Source: Camelus dromedarius (taxonomy: Eukaryota). Taken from it: 64,000 nt of DNA. Under the pieces are notes generated by a model. The model was not told the origin of the DNA. It did no database searches and saw only the letters and a program-made list of their open reading frames with translations. This document shows, piece by piece, positions 26,041 to 38,275 of the stretch (positions within the stretch are counted from its first letter, which is position 1; the number at the start of each line of letters is the position of its first letter). The stretch spans positions 40,178,001 to 40,242,000 of the forward strand of contig NC_087436.1 of the NCBI RefSeq assembly GCF_036321535.1, given 5' to 3'. The position numbers and the translations under genes were made by a program.

Positions 26041-29000
26041 GGGTAATCAAGATGTGGAATAAGAGGGTGTGGAACTCACCTCCCCCGACAAACACATCAA
26101 AAATAATCTACATGTGGAACAATCCTCACTGGAAACTAATGAAGCTGGCAGAAAGACTCCTGTATGACCGAGACGGTAAAAAAGATACACACATAATTGG
26201 GTAGGAAGGGAAGAAAAGTGATCAGGTCAGACCTATGCTCCTGGGAGGGGACTCAGAGGAAAATGAAGATTGAACTGGCAGACACTTACCCAGGGGAGTT
26301 AGTGGATTAAGCCATAGACTGGGCATCCCAGTTCTGGGGTCCTACATGGAGGAGACAAGCCCCTTGGCTAGTTGAAGAAATTATGGGACAGACAGAAAGA
26401 CTGAAGAAGCTTGGATTCTACTCATGAGGAACTATACATGCAGAGAAATCATATGGGCCCTGCCTCATGTGCAGAGTGGTGCTAGAGCAAGATGGGAGTA
26501 GTGAAAGCTGGGGACAGTGATCAGCTATGAGACACAAAGGGATATATTGTTCCTTAAACATTTCAGAGAGGTGTGCTCTAGAGGCTGACAGGTTTCCATG
26601 ACTACCTCACAGTATGCCTCAGCCTAGTACACCCAACTCAAACCAAGAAAATGCTCCAGTCCTACTCAGATCATACCATACAGTATGGCACTGGACATGT
26701 GACGGCCAGGACCAGCTCGACTATGGGCTGCATTTGAGCAGAGCTGAAGACACCTACACAAGCAGTGCATCAGACCTCTGAATGCATACAGGCTCTTCTT
26801 GCTTCAGCACTCCCCTCTACTGAGGCAAAGATCCTGGTACAGGGAGAGGAAAAATCCTACACTTAAAGGAAACAGAGCTAGCCCAAGTCCAATGCTCAGT
26901 GCTCTGTTAGCAACTTGGGATCAGATCCTATCCCTGAGGAGGTAATGACAGTCACTAACCAGAGACATAGTCCCACTTCACACCATTGCCAGTTTCTAAC
27001 CACTCCACCTCCAACCCCACCCACTACCAAGGTGAGAGTTGCCAGCACATCCTGAGCAAAGACTTAACTGGCATCTGTACCAAATCCAGCCCTTCCACCA
27101 AAAGCACTGGGCAGTCTGCATAGGGATGCACTCACCTTGAAGGGGATGAAAACCCCTTCAAGACCATAATAAGTAACCATTTCACATAAATTCATAAAGG
27201 CAGAGAAAGTTAAGATGAAAAGGCAAAGTAACTACTCTCAATTGAAAGAGCAAGAAAAAAAAAACCCTGAAAAACTATGAAACAGAAATAAATAATTACC
27301 AATAAAGAACTCAAAATGTGGTAATAAAAATGTTAACTGAATTAGTAAAAAGAATTGATCTAAACACTGAATATTTTTCAAAGAACCAGGAAATATAAAT
27401 AAACCATAAAAACAATTTCATAGCTGAAACACACTAGAAGGAATGAAAAGGAGATTAAGTGATACAGCAGAACACATAAGTGGTTTGAAAGACAGAATAA
27501 CAGAAATCAACCAATCAGAACAGGAGAAAGAAAATGAAATTTACAAAATGAAAGCAATCTAAGAGATCTTTAGAACAACATTAGGCATTATAACATTCAC
27601 AATATAGAGGTTCCAGAAGAAGAAGAGGGACAGGATCATAAATGTAGTTGAAGAAATTATGCATGAAAACATCCCAATGCAGAAGAAGGAAACATATCCA
27701 AGCACAGAAAGAATAGAGGGTCCCAAACAAGATGACCCCAAAGAGATCCACACACCAAGGTATCTCATGATTAAAATGGCAAAAGATAAAGAGAGAATTC
27801 TAAAGGCAGCAAGAGAAAAACAAAGAACCACATACAAGGCAATCCCCATAAGGCTATCATCTCTGCAGAAATTTTGCAAGCCTGAAGAGAGTGACACGAT
27901 ATATTCAAAGTCCCAAAGAAAGGGAAAAACTTAGAACTTAGGATACTCCACCCAGCAACATTATTATTTAGAACAGAGAGTGAAAAAATTTCTCAGGCAA
28001 GCAAAAACTAAAAGAATTTATCAATACTAAACCTACTCTAAAAGAAATGTTGAAGGGTTTCTCTAAATGGAAAAGTAGTAAGAATCTATAGGAAAAGAAA
28101 AATCCCAATTAAAAAGGCAAATATATAGTAAGAATTGAAGATATGTAGATTAAAAGAATAAAAGCAACTCTAACTACAGTAAACAGTTAAGAGATGAGCA
28201 TGAAAGATGTAAAATATGAAGACAAAACCCCAAAACGTGCGGGAAGGTAGTAAAGAATGTAGATATCTTACGATGTATTTGAGCTTAAATTACTACTAGT
28301 TTTAAACATTATGGGTCAACATACATGAATCCATTGAACCACAAATCAAAAACCTATAGCTATACAAAAAACAAAATGAAAGAATCACAAGTGTACTACT
28401 AAGGAGATCATCAAACCTAAAGGGAAGAAAAAAAGAAAGAAATGAAAAGGGAAAACTGAAAACAAGTAATAAAAATGGCAATTACTTTCAATGTCAGTGG
28501 ACTAAATGCTCTGATCAGAAGACATAGGGTGACTAAATGGATTAAAAAAATCCAAGACCCTTCAATATACTGCCTGCAGAAGACTCACCTCAGAGCTAGA
28601 CCCACAGAGACTGAAAGTGAGGGGATGGATAGATACCTCCTGCAAATGAAAATGACAAGAAAGTGGGGAGAGCAATACTCCTACCAGACAAAATAGACTG
28701 TAAAGTGAAAACTACAACAAGAGACAAAAAAAGGCATTATATAATGATAAAAGAATCAATACAAGGAGAGGATATATTACATTCATTAACATATACAAAT
28801 CCAATACAGAAGCACCTAAATATATGAAGCAAATACTAACAGACGTATAAGGAGGACTTGACAATAATACAGTAACAGTAGACTTGAATGCCCCACTGAT
28901 ATAAATGGACAGATTATCCAGACATAAAATCAGTAAGGTGACAGTGGTCCTAAATGATACAATAGACCAGTTGGATTTAATAAGTATCTAGAGGACATTG

Positions 29001-32000
29001 TACCCCAAAACAGAAGAATACACATTTTTCAAGTGCACATGGAATGTTCTACAGGATGGATCACATGCTAGGCCATAAAACAAATCTCAACAAATTTAAA
29101 AGGACAGATATTATAGCAAGCATTTTTTTTTTCTGACCACAACAATATGAAACTAGATTTCAACTATAGAACTCTAAGAAAAAATGAGAAAAGATCAAAT
29201 ACTTGAAGACTAAACAACATACTTTTGAAAACTCAATGTATGAGTATAGAAATCATATTTGAAATAAGAAAATACCTGTAGATAAATTAAAGTGAAAACA
29301 CAGCATTCTAAAGTCTAAGGGATGCAGCCCAGAAGTGGCTCTAAGATGAAAGTTCATAGCGATACAGGCCTTCCTCAGAAAACAAGAAAAATCTCAAACA
29401 ACCTAACTTACCTTCTAAAATAATTAGAAAAAGAACAAAGCCCAAAGTCAGCAGAATAAAGAGAATAACAAAGATCAGAAAAGAAATAGGGAAAAAAAAT
29501 TAGAAAAGAAATAAAACCAAGAGCATGTTTTTGAAAAGATTAACAAAATTGATAAGCCTTTAGCCAGACATATCAGAAGAAAAGAGAGAAGACTCAAAAA
29601 CAAAAACAAAATAAGGCATAAGAGGAGAAATAACAACTGATACCACAGAAATACAAATAAATCATAAGAGAAAACTATGAACAATTACATGCCAACAAAT
29701 TAGACAACCTAGAAGAAATGGACAGATTTCTAGAAACATACAACCTGCCAAGACTGAATCAAGAAGGGACAATTTGAACAGACCAATCACTAGTAGTGAA
29801 ATTGAATATGTAATTTAAAAACTCCCAGCACACAAAAGTCCAGGACTAGATGGCTTCACAGGGGAATACTACCAAATATATAAAGAAAAATGAATATCTA
29901 TTCTTGTAAAACAATTTCAAAAAAATTGAAGCAGATAGAAACATCTCCAGTTCCTACCAGGAGACCACTGTTATCCTGATGCCAAAACCAGACAAAGATA
30001 CTACAAAAAAGAAAATTATAAATATAGGAGAAAAAATTCTCAACAAAATACTAGTAAACTGCATCCAACAATATATTAAAAAGTTCATACACTATCAAGT
30101 TGGATTTATTCCAGGGTCATAAGGATGGCTCACCATTCATAAATCAATTTGTACGATACACCACATTAACAAAAGGAAGAATAAAAATCACACAACCATC
30201 TCAACAGATGCAGAAAAACATTTGACAAAATTTATCATCCATTCATGATAGAAACTCTAATCAAAGTGAGTCTAGAGGGAACTTAACTCTATATAATAAA
30301 AACCATTTATGACAAATTCACAGCCAACATCATACACATTTTTAAAAAGCTGAAAGCCTTTCCTTTAAGTTCAGGAACAAGACAAAGATGCCCACTCTCA
30401 CCACTTCAATTTAACATAGTATTGGAAGTCCTAGCCATAGTAATCAGACAAGAAAAATAAAAGGCATTCACATTGGAAGGGAACAGGTAAAACTGCCACT
30501 ATTTGCAGATGACTTACTTTAATAGAAAACTCTAAAGTCTCCACCCCAAAACTATTAGAACTATTAAGTGAATTCAGAAATTTGCAAGATAGAAGATTAA
30601 GATAGTGAAATCTGCTGCATTTCCATATACTAATAATGAAATATCCAAAAGAGAAAGTAAAAAGTCATGAATAAAATCACATAAAGAATACCTAGGAATA
30701 AACTTAATGTAGGAGGTGAGAGATCTATACTCTAAAACTGTAAAACACTGATGAAATAAATTGAAGATGATACAAAGAAATGGAAAGAAATCCTATGCTT
30801 TTTGATGAGAAGAATTAATACTGTAAAATGGCCATACTCCCCAAGGCAATCTACAAATTTAATGCAATCTCTATCAAAACACCCATGATGGTTTTCATAG
30901 AGCTAGTATAAATAATCCTAAAACTCTTATGGACTCACAAAAGACGAACAATTGCAAAAGCAATCTTGAGAAAAAAGATAAAGCTGAAAGTATTATCCTT
31001 CTGACTTCAGACTATACTCTACTACAAAGTTACATTAATCGAAGCAGAATGGGGCTGGCACAAAGACAGACACACAGAACAATGGAACAGAATAGATAGT
31101 TCAGAAATAAACCCATGCACTTATGGTCATTTAATCTATTAACAGAAGAAACAAGAATATTCAATGGAGAAAAGACAGTCTTGTCAACAAGTGTTTCTGG
31201 GAAAACTGGACAGCTACAATGTAAAACAATGAAATTAGAACATTTCCTAACAGTATATACAAAAGTAAATTAAAAATGAATTAAAGACCTGAATGTAAGA
31301 CCTAAAATCATAAAACTACTGGAAGAGAAATAAGGCAGAACACCGCAACATAAATCAAAGCAGTATCTTTTTGGATTTGCCTCTTAAGGAAAAAGAAATA
31401 AGTGCAAAATTAAATACATGGGACCTAATTAAACTTAAAATCTTCTGCACAGCAGAAGGAAAGGAATCAATGACAAAACCAAAAGACTACCTACAGAATG
31501 AAAGAAAATATTTGCAAATGATTTGACTGATGAGGGGTTAATATTCAAAATATATAAACAGCTCATATTACTCAATATCAAAAAATAAACAACCCAATCA
31601 AAAATGAGTAGCAGATCTGAATGCATATTTTTCCAAAGAAAACATACAGATGACTAACAGAGACATGAAAACATGCTCAACATTGATAATTATTATAGAT
31701 AGGCAATTCAAAACAACAAGATATTACCTCATATCTGTCAGAATGGCTATCATCAACAAGTCTACAGATAACAAATGTTGGAGAGGATGTGGAGAAAAGG
31801 AAACCCTTGTACATTGTTGGTGGGAGTGTACATTGGTGCAGCCACAATGGAAAACAGTATGGAGGTTTCTCAAAATACTAAAAATAGAGTTGTCATATGA
31901 TCCAGTGATCCCACTCCTGGGCATATATCCAGACAAAACTTTAATTTGAAAACATATATGCTTCCAATGCTCATAGCAGCACTATTTACAACAGCCAAGA

Positions 32001-32705
32001 CATGAAAGGAGAGGGGATGGATATAGCTCAGTGGTAGAGTGCATGCTTAGCATGCACAGGGTCATGGGTTTGATCCTTAGTAACTGTTAAATAAAAATTA
32101 ATAATAAATAAACAAACCTAATTACCTCTCTCCTCCCCTCAAGAAAAACAAAATCAAAATAAATTTAAAAAATTAAAAATAAATTAAAAAAAAAGACATG
32201 GGAGCAAGTTAAATGTCCATCAAGAGATGAATGGATAAAGAAGATGTGATATGTTTATATACACTGATATACTACTCAACCACAGAAAAGAATGAAATTT
32301 TGCCATTCGCAACAACATGGATGGACTTGGAAGTATTATGCTTATGAAATAAATCAGACAGAGAAAGATAAATACTGTATGATATCACTTATATGTGAAA
32401 TCTAAAAAAAATAAGACAAACTTGTAAATACAGTAAAAATGAAACAGACTTCAGACCTATGGAGAACAAACAAGTGGTTACCAGTAGGGAGAGGGAAGTG
32501 GGGAGGGTCAAGATAGGGTTAGGAAATTAAGAACTACGAAATGCCAAGTATAAAATATATGTTACAAGGATATCATGTACAGCACAAGGAATAAAGCCAA
32601 TATTTTATAAGAACTGTAACAGGAGTGTAACCTTTAAAATTTGTCAATCACTATTTTGTACACCTGAAACATAATATTGTAAATCAACTATACCTAAATA
32701 TAAAA
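26040..32705 (+). mobile_element. Full-length (about 6.6 kb) non-functional LINE-1
   Basis: 5'UTR, ORF1 (TPRYLMIKMAKDKERILKAAREKQRTTYKAIPIRLS), ORF2 start (ITFNVSGLNALIRRHRV...IYCLQKTH) through the Cys-rich C-terminus (31650-31949), and 3'UTR ending aaatcaactatacct. Confidence 0.95.
32008..32192 (+). mobile_element. tRNA-derived SINE (Vic-1-like) nested in the L1 3' region
   Basis: atagctcagtggtagagtgcatgcttagcatgcac...gggtttgatcc; A-rich tail; TSD core aagacatg (31997-32004, 32193-32200). Confidence 0.9.
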
Positions 32706-32957
32706 TAGTGTATTATGTATATAATTATGAAACCTACATTATGAGATAGTTGCTATTATTTATTTTTTCCTGATAAGCAAAGTGAAATTTAGTGGGTAAT
32801 TGACTGCAATTGTAGTCATACAATTACTAATCATAGTAATAGAATTGAAACCAAGGTTTTGCTAATGCCAATGACAGATTATGATTTTGTCTTTTTTCTA
32901 GTTCACATCAATGACTTCAAGCAGATGGCTTTATTCATCTTGCTTTTTTAGACGTAC

Positions 32958-33098
32958 CTTTCTTGTTTATTAAGAAGAGAGCTTATTCTTTGTTTAATAT
33001 TCAGCACTCTATGGGTGCTCTTTGGTAGCATGGTAGCAGATGGAAATCCTGAGTCATTCCTCCTGGTATATTGAAGATCATCAAGATACCACTGAAGG
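32958..33098 (-). CDS. Candidate internal coding exon (phase 2-2, 141 nt) of the putative minus-strand gene
   Basis: Pyrimidine tract plus cttaac...tttaaag acceptor, AAG|gtacgt donor, open frame LQWYLDDLQYTRRNDSGFPSATMLPKSTHRVLNIKQRISSLLNKQE. No homology recognised. Confidence 0.35.
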
Positions 33099-33469
33099 CT
33101 TTAAACAGTTAAGTGAAAGAAATTGGGAAGATAACAGAAGATGGAGCATTATATGTAGAAAATGTAATTTTTAATAAATGCCAAATAATAGGCTTCACTG
33201 GTATGAGAAAAAATTATGACTAGAATATTCACCTGATGAAAATGCTTAAAGACAGATGTGCATGATCCTTAAGGCTGGACTTTTAAATAGAGTTGTGGGG
33301 AGTTCATTAATGCAGGTTATTTGGCACAGTCTTAATTTGAACAGTCTTAAATGAAAATAATTTTTTTTGTAGTGGTAGTGGCCAGGTTGGGTTGGTCTTT
33401 TTTAGCAGCTACATGTGAGGAATGGATCCAATGTAACATAAACACAAATTTTGTTCATTGGTTAATATC

Positions 33470-33550
33470 ATGTCCTAATAACAGTGCCTACCGCATGGTA
33501 GATGCTTAATATTTATTTGTTAAATGAGTGAATCAATGAATAATGGATGG
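33470..33550 (+). mobile_element. L2 3' terminus
   Basis: aacagtgcct...atggtagatgcttaatatttatttgttaaatgagtgaatcaatgaat, typical L2 tail. Confidence 0.7.
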
Positions 33551-34269
33551 CTAAACTAATGTATATTGCCAAAAGCATGGTAGTAATACCAAAATATCAC
33601 ACTCATTTCTTTTAAGTAATACATTACCTGAATCTTCACAAAATTTATTAAAGAGCAATGTAAATAAAAATTAATCATTATATTCATAGGCCAATTAGAA
33701 ACACTTATGAATGTTGAATTTTGTTTTCATAGTAGATAAAAACTTCTGTAGGCATTGCTAGAAATACCAGGTTAGGATAAGGGTAAAATATAAAAACTGT
33801 AAGACTTGTGAAGTTAAGTAACTTAAATTTCATAAGTATAAATATACCTACACATACATACTTCTTTGACTTATTTATATTAAGTCATGTTTTTACATAG
33901 TACAAATATTCAATTGTTTTAATTTCACTTAAATAAATTATAGCTCATATTTATAGACAAAATTATCATAATATTTAATACATCCTCAATTATTGTTTCT
34001 ATCCTATTTATATTATTTTGGATTTGTATCAAAAGTATATCTCATTTTTAAGTAAAATTTCACAAGTTTATGTACACTATTTGACTTTTATATGAAATGT
34101 CTATAATTGTGCTTTTACATATTAAGCATAAATTTTAGAACAAAGTACTTTTTTGTAATTCATAATTTAATCTAAACTATTCTCTAAAATTTTAAAATAA
34201 AATCACTCTCCTTATGAAACTTTTTATATAAAAATCTGGGATAATATCAGTACTCAAATTTTAAAACAT

Positions 34270-37210
34270 TATGGTAAAAAATACCCTGAATACCCAAACC
34301 AATTCTAAGGAAGAACAAAACTGGAGGCATCATGTTTCATGACCTCAAACTATATTACAAAGCTGTAGTAATCAAAACAGTATGATATTGGTATTAAAAA
34401 CAGATCTATGGAACTGAATAGGAAGCCTAGAAATAAACCCATGCACATATGGTCAACTAATTTATAATAAAGGGGCCAAAAATATACATTAGGTAACTAA
34501 TAGTCTAATAGATGGTGTTGGGAAAACTGGACAGCCACATGTAAAAGAATGAAACTGGACCACTGTTACATTATACACAGAAATTAACTCAAGATAAATT
34601 AGAGTCTTGGTGATGATTTTTAAAAATATGATACCAAGAGCAAAGGTAGCAATAACAAAAATAAACAGTTGGGACTACACCTCACTAAAAAGCTTATGCA
34701 CAGCAAAAGAAAGCATTCACAAAATGAAGTCAACATACTGAATGGGAGAAAGTATTTGCAAGTCATGTATCTGATAAGGGGTTAATATCCAAAATATATA
34801 AAGAACTCATACAAGTCAGTAGCAAAAAACAAAACAAAACAAAACAAAAAAAACCCCAAAGTCCCCAAAAGATCTGATTAAAATATTGGCAGAGGACCTG
34901 AACAGACATTTTTCTAAAGAAAACATACAGATGGCCAACAGGTACATGAATCATTCTCTGACATAAATCTTAGCAATGTTCTCCTAGGGATGTCTACCCA
35001 GGCAATAGAAATAAAAGCAAAAATAAACAGATGGGACCTAATTAAACTTATACACATTTGCACAGCAAAGGAAATCATAAGTAAAACAAAATGACAACCT
35101 ATGGGATGGGAGAAAATATTTGCAAATGATGCAACTAACAAAGGCTTAATTTCTAGAATATATAAACAGCTCATACAATTTATTAACAAAAAAAACCAAC
35201 CCAATCCAAAAATGGGCAGAAGACTGAAGCAGGTTCTCCAGTGAAGACATACAAATGGCCAATAGGCAGATGAAAAAAATCTCAATGTCACTAATTATCA
35301 GAGAAATGAAAATCAAAATTACAATGAGGTATCACCTCACATTAGTCAGAATGGCCATCATTCAAAAGTCCACAAATGATAAATGCTGGATAGGGTGTAG
35401 AGAAAAGGGAACCCTCCTACACTGCTGGTGGGAATGTAGTTTAGTGCAGCCATTATAGAAAACAGTATAGAGATTCCTCAAAAAACTGAAAATAGACTTA
35501 TTATATGATCCAGCAATCCCACATATACCTGGAGGGAAGTCTAATTTGAAAAGATACATGCATGCCAGTGTTCATAGTAGCACTGTATACAATAGCCAAA
35601 ACATGGAAGCAACCTAAATGGCCATGGACAGATACTGGATAAAGAAGCTGTGGTATATTTATAGAATGGAATACTACTCAGCCACAAAAAGAATAAGAAA
35701 ATTCCATTTGCAGCAACATAGATAGGCCTGGAGATCGTCATTTTAAGTGAAGTAAGCCAAAAAAGAAAGAAAAAGACCATATGGTATCACTCATATGTGT
35801 AATCTATAAAAAGAAAAAAGAGGCCACTATGAACTCATCTACATAACATAAACAGACTCACAGACATAGTAAACAATCTTATGGTTACTAGGGGAAAGGG
35901 GGTAGGAAGGGATAAATTTTGGAATTTGAGATTTGCAAATGTTAACCACTATATATAAAAATAGATAAAAATCAAATTTCTTCTGTATAGCACAGGGAAC
36001 TATATTCAATATCTTGTAATAACCTTTAATGAGAAAGAATATGAAAAGTCAATATATGTATGTATATGCATGACTAGGACCTTATGATATACACCAGAAA
36101 TTGACACTGACTATACTTCAATTAAAAAAAAGAGGCTCAGCCACATTAATCATTAGACAAATGCAAATCAAAACTACAATGAAATATCACCTCACACCGG
36201 CTAGGGTGACTATTATCAAAAAAAAAGAAATGACAAGTTTTGACAAGGATGTTGTGAGAGGGAACCCCTATGCACTGTTAATGTGAGTGTAAATTGGTAC
36301 AGCCCCTATAGAAAACAGTGCGGAAGTTTCTCAGAAAATTAAAGAACTACCATATGACCCAGCAATTTTATTTCTTGGTATTTATCCAAAGCAAATGAAG
36401 ACAATAACTCAAAAATATAATTGCCCCATATTTACTGATCCATTATTTATAATAGCCAAGATATGAAAACAACAGACATGCCCTCAATGGATAAGGAAGT
36501 TGTGATTATATATATTATCACAGCAGACTGTCTTTGATTCTAAGAGCTCTACCACGATAGATGGTGTTGGCATTTCTACAGAGGGAAAACAGTCACTTGG
36601 TGTAGGCATGTGCAGAGATGGACATACACAACTTTAATGACACAGCTGGAAGTGATTCTCATACATATATACACACACATATACACACATATACACACAA
36701 ATATATTTTATTTATTATTCAGTCTAAAAAAAAGGAAATCTTGCCATTTGTGACAACATGAATGGACCTTGAGGGCATTATGCTAAGTCAAGTAAGTTAA
36801 ACAGAGAAAGACAAATACCATATGATCTCACTTATATGTGGAATCTAAAACCAATACAAAACAAACAAACAAAAGCCTCAAAAAACCCCAGAACACCCAT
36901 GCTCATAGATATAGAGAAGAGATTAATGTTTGGATGTTTGCCAGAAGTTGGGAGACAGGGGCGGTGGATGAGAAGGATAAAGGTGGTGTACAGAATCGTG
37001 ACTACAGGTAATAATACTGTATTGCATATTTGAAAGTCGCTAAGAGAAAGGATTTAAAAGTTCTCATAACAAAAAAAAATTTGTAACCATGTATGGTGAC
37101 AGATGTTAACTAGACTTATTTTGGTGATCATTTTGTAAAATGTACAAATATTTAATCATTGTGTAGTACATCTGAAACAAATACACCATGTCAGCAATAC
37201 CTCAGTAAAA
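34270..37210 (+). mobile_element. Older LINE-1 3' part (ORF2 end and L1MA9-like 3'UTR), split by a younger L1
   Basis: ORF2 sequence stops at gtacatgaa (about 34949) and resumes at aaaagaggctca (about 36127); ends with ggtgatcattttg...tacctcagtaaaa. Confidence 0.88.
34950..36130 (+). mobile_element. Younger 5'-truncated LINE-1 nested in the same orientation
   Basis: ORF 35255-35458 ([35 protein letters not shown]), near-identical in type to 11951-13589 and 47525-48970; ends gactatacttcaattaaaaaaaa. Confidence 0.92.
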
Positions 37211-37984
37211 ACTGATAAAAGCAAATAAATCCAACTGAATGATAAATGATACTTTCTATAATTATAACAGAAAGGTATTTAAAAAGAAAGATGACAAAAT
37301 AAAATCTTAAAATAACAAGCTTAGAAATAACAGTCTTAAAGTCAATTAAAGATCTTGGAAATTATATTTAAGCACAAACACTATTGTATATAATTACCAC
37401 TAATATTAAAACTTACCAGAATAATTCAATATAAATAAATTATACACTACTGTTAACTTTAAGTAATATATAATAATAGTATTGGCTTATATGATCTATA
37501 AACAAGTATAAGACAGGACATTCAGATTACCTAACCTCTTCATGAAAAACACACAAATCTTATTTTAAAAATTAAAATATACAATCTGATAAAAAGGGAA
37601 AGACATACAGCTCTTTTTAAAATTTAAACCTCAATTATCCAATTAGTTTGATTTCTCTAAAGATTCCAATGCATAGTGTGTACTTGGATTCTAACAGAAA
37701 AATGATTCTGAGCTAGTAGTTTCTGGAGAAGTTTTTCTGTTTCTGTATCATTCACCCGGGCACATTTAAAATATTAATAGAATTTTTTGGTGTGAATCAG
37801 GGTGGCATTCATCTCTTTTTTATGTTAAAATTGGGTTAGCCTTATTAGTGTGGATACTGATAAGATAGATCATTTATTTTATCTTATTACTGTAGTATAA
37901 GATCATTTAAAGTATATACCTAGAGTTAGAAAAATATTTTACTTTCATTAAGTGAGAAGTAAGTCTTTTATCAACGGTAAACTC

Positions 37985-38275
37985 ATAGACCAGTTATGTT
38001 TGCCCAAAATTTAGCCCTTTAAAAGAAACATTTTTTATGCTTACCAATTCTGTGTTTCAGAGATTTGGAGAGGGGATGAATGATGAGGATGACTGTTTCC
38101 TCCATGAAGTCTGGAGCCTCCCATAGGAAGAATCAAAGCCTGGAGTTGACTTGAATGCTGGGAGCTAGAATTATCTGGAAGCTTTTTCAGCTCCATTCTG
38201 GCTCCAGGAGTAGGATGACTTGAGTTTGCTGACATGAGCACATGCCCTTCTCCTGTGGCTTGGCTGGTGTTTTGC
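37985..38275 (-). mobile_element. MaLR (MLT1-type) LTR 3' half
   Basis: Reverse complement reads ccagataattctagctcccagcattcaagtc...ggctccagacttcatggag...ccaaatctctgaaacacagaattggtaagcataaaaaatg...ctaaattttggg...ataactgg. Confidence 0.7.

Noticed and set aside
16879..32192. tRNA-like sequences at 16879, 18977 and 32008
   Set aside because: A-rich tails, TSDs and decayed stems identify them as SINEs rather than tRNA genes.
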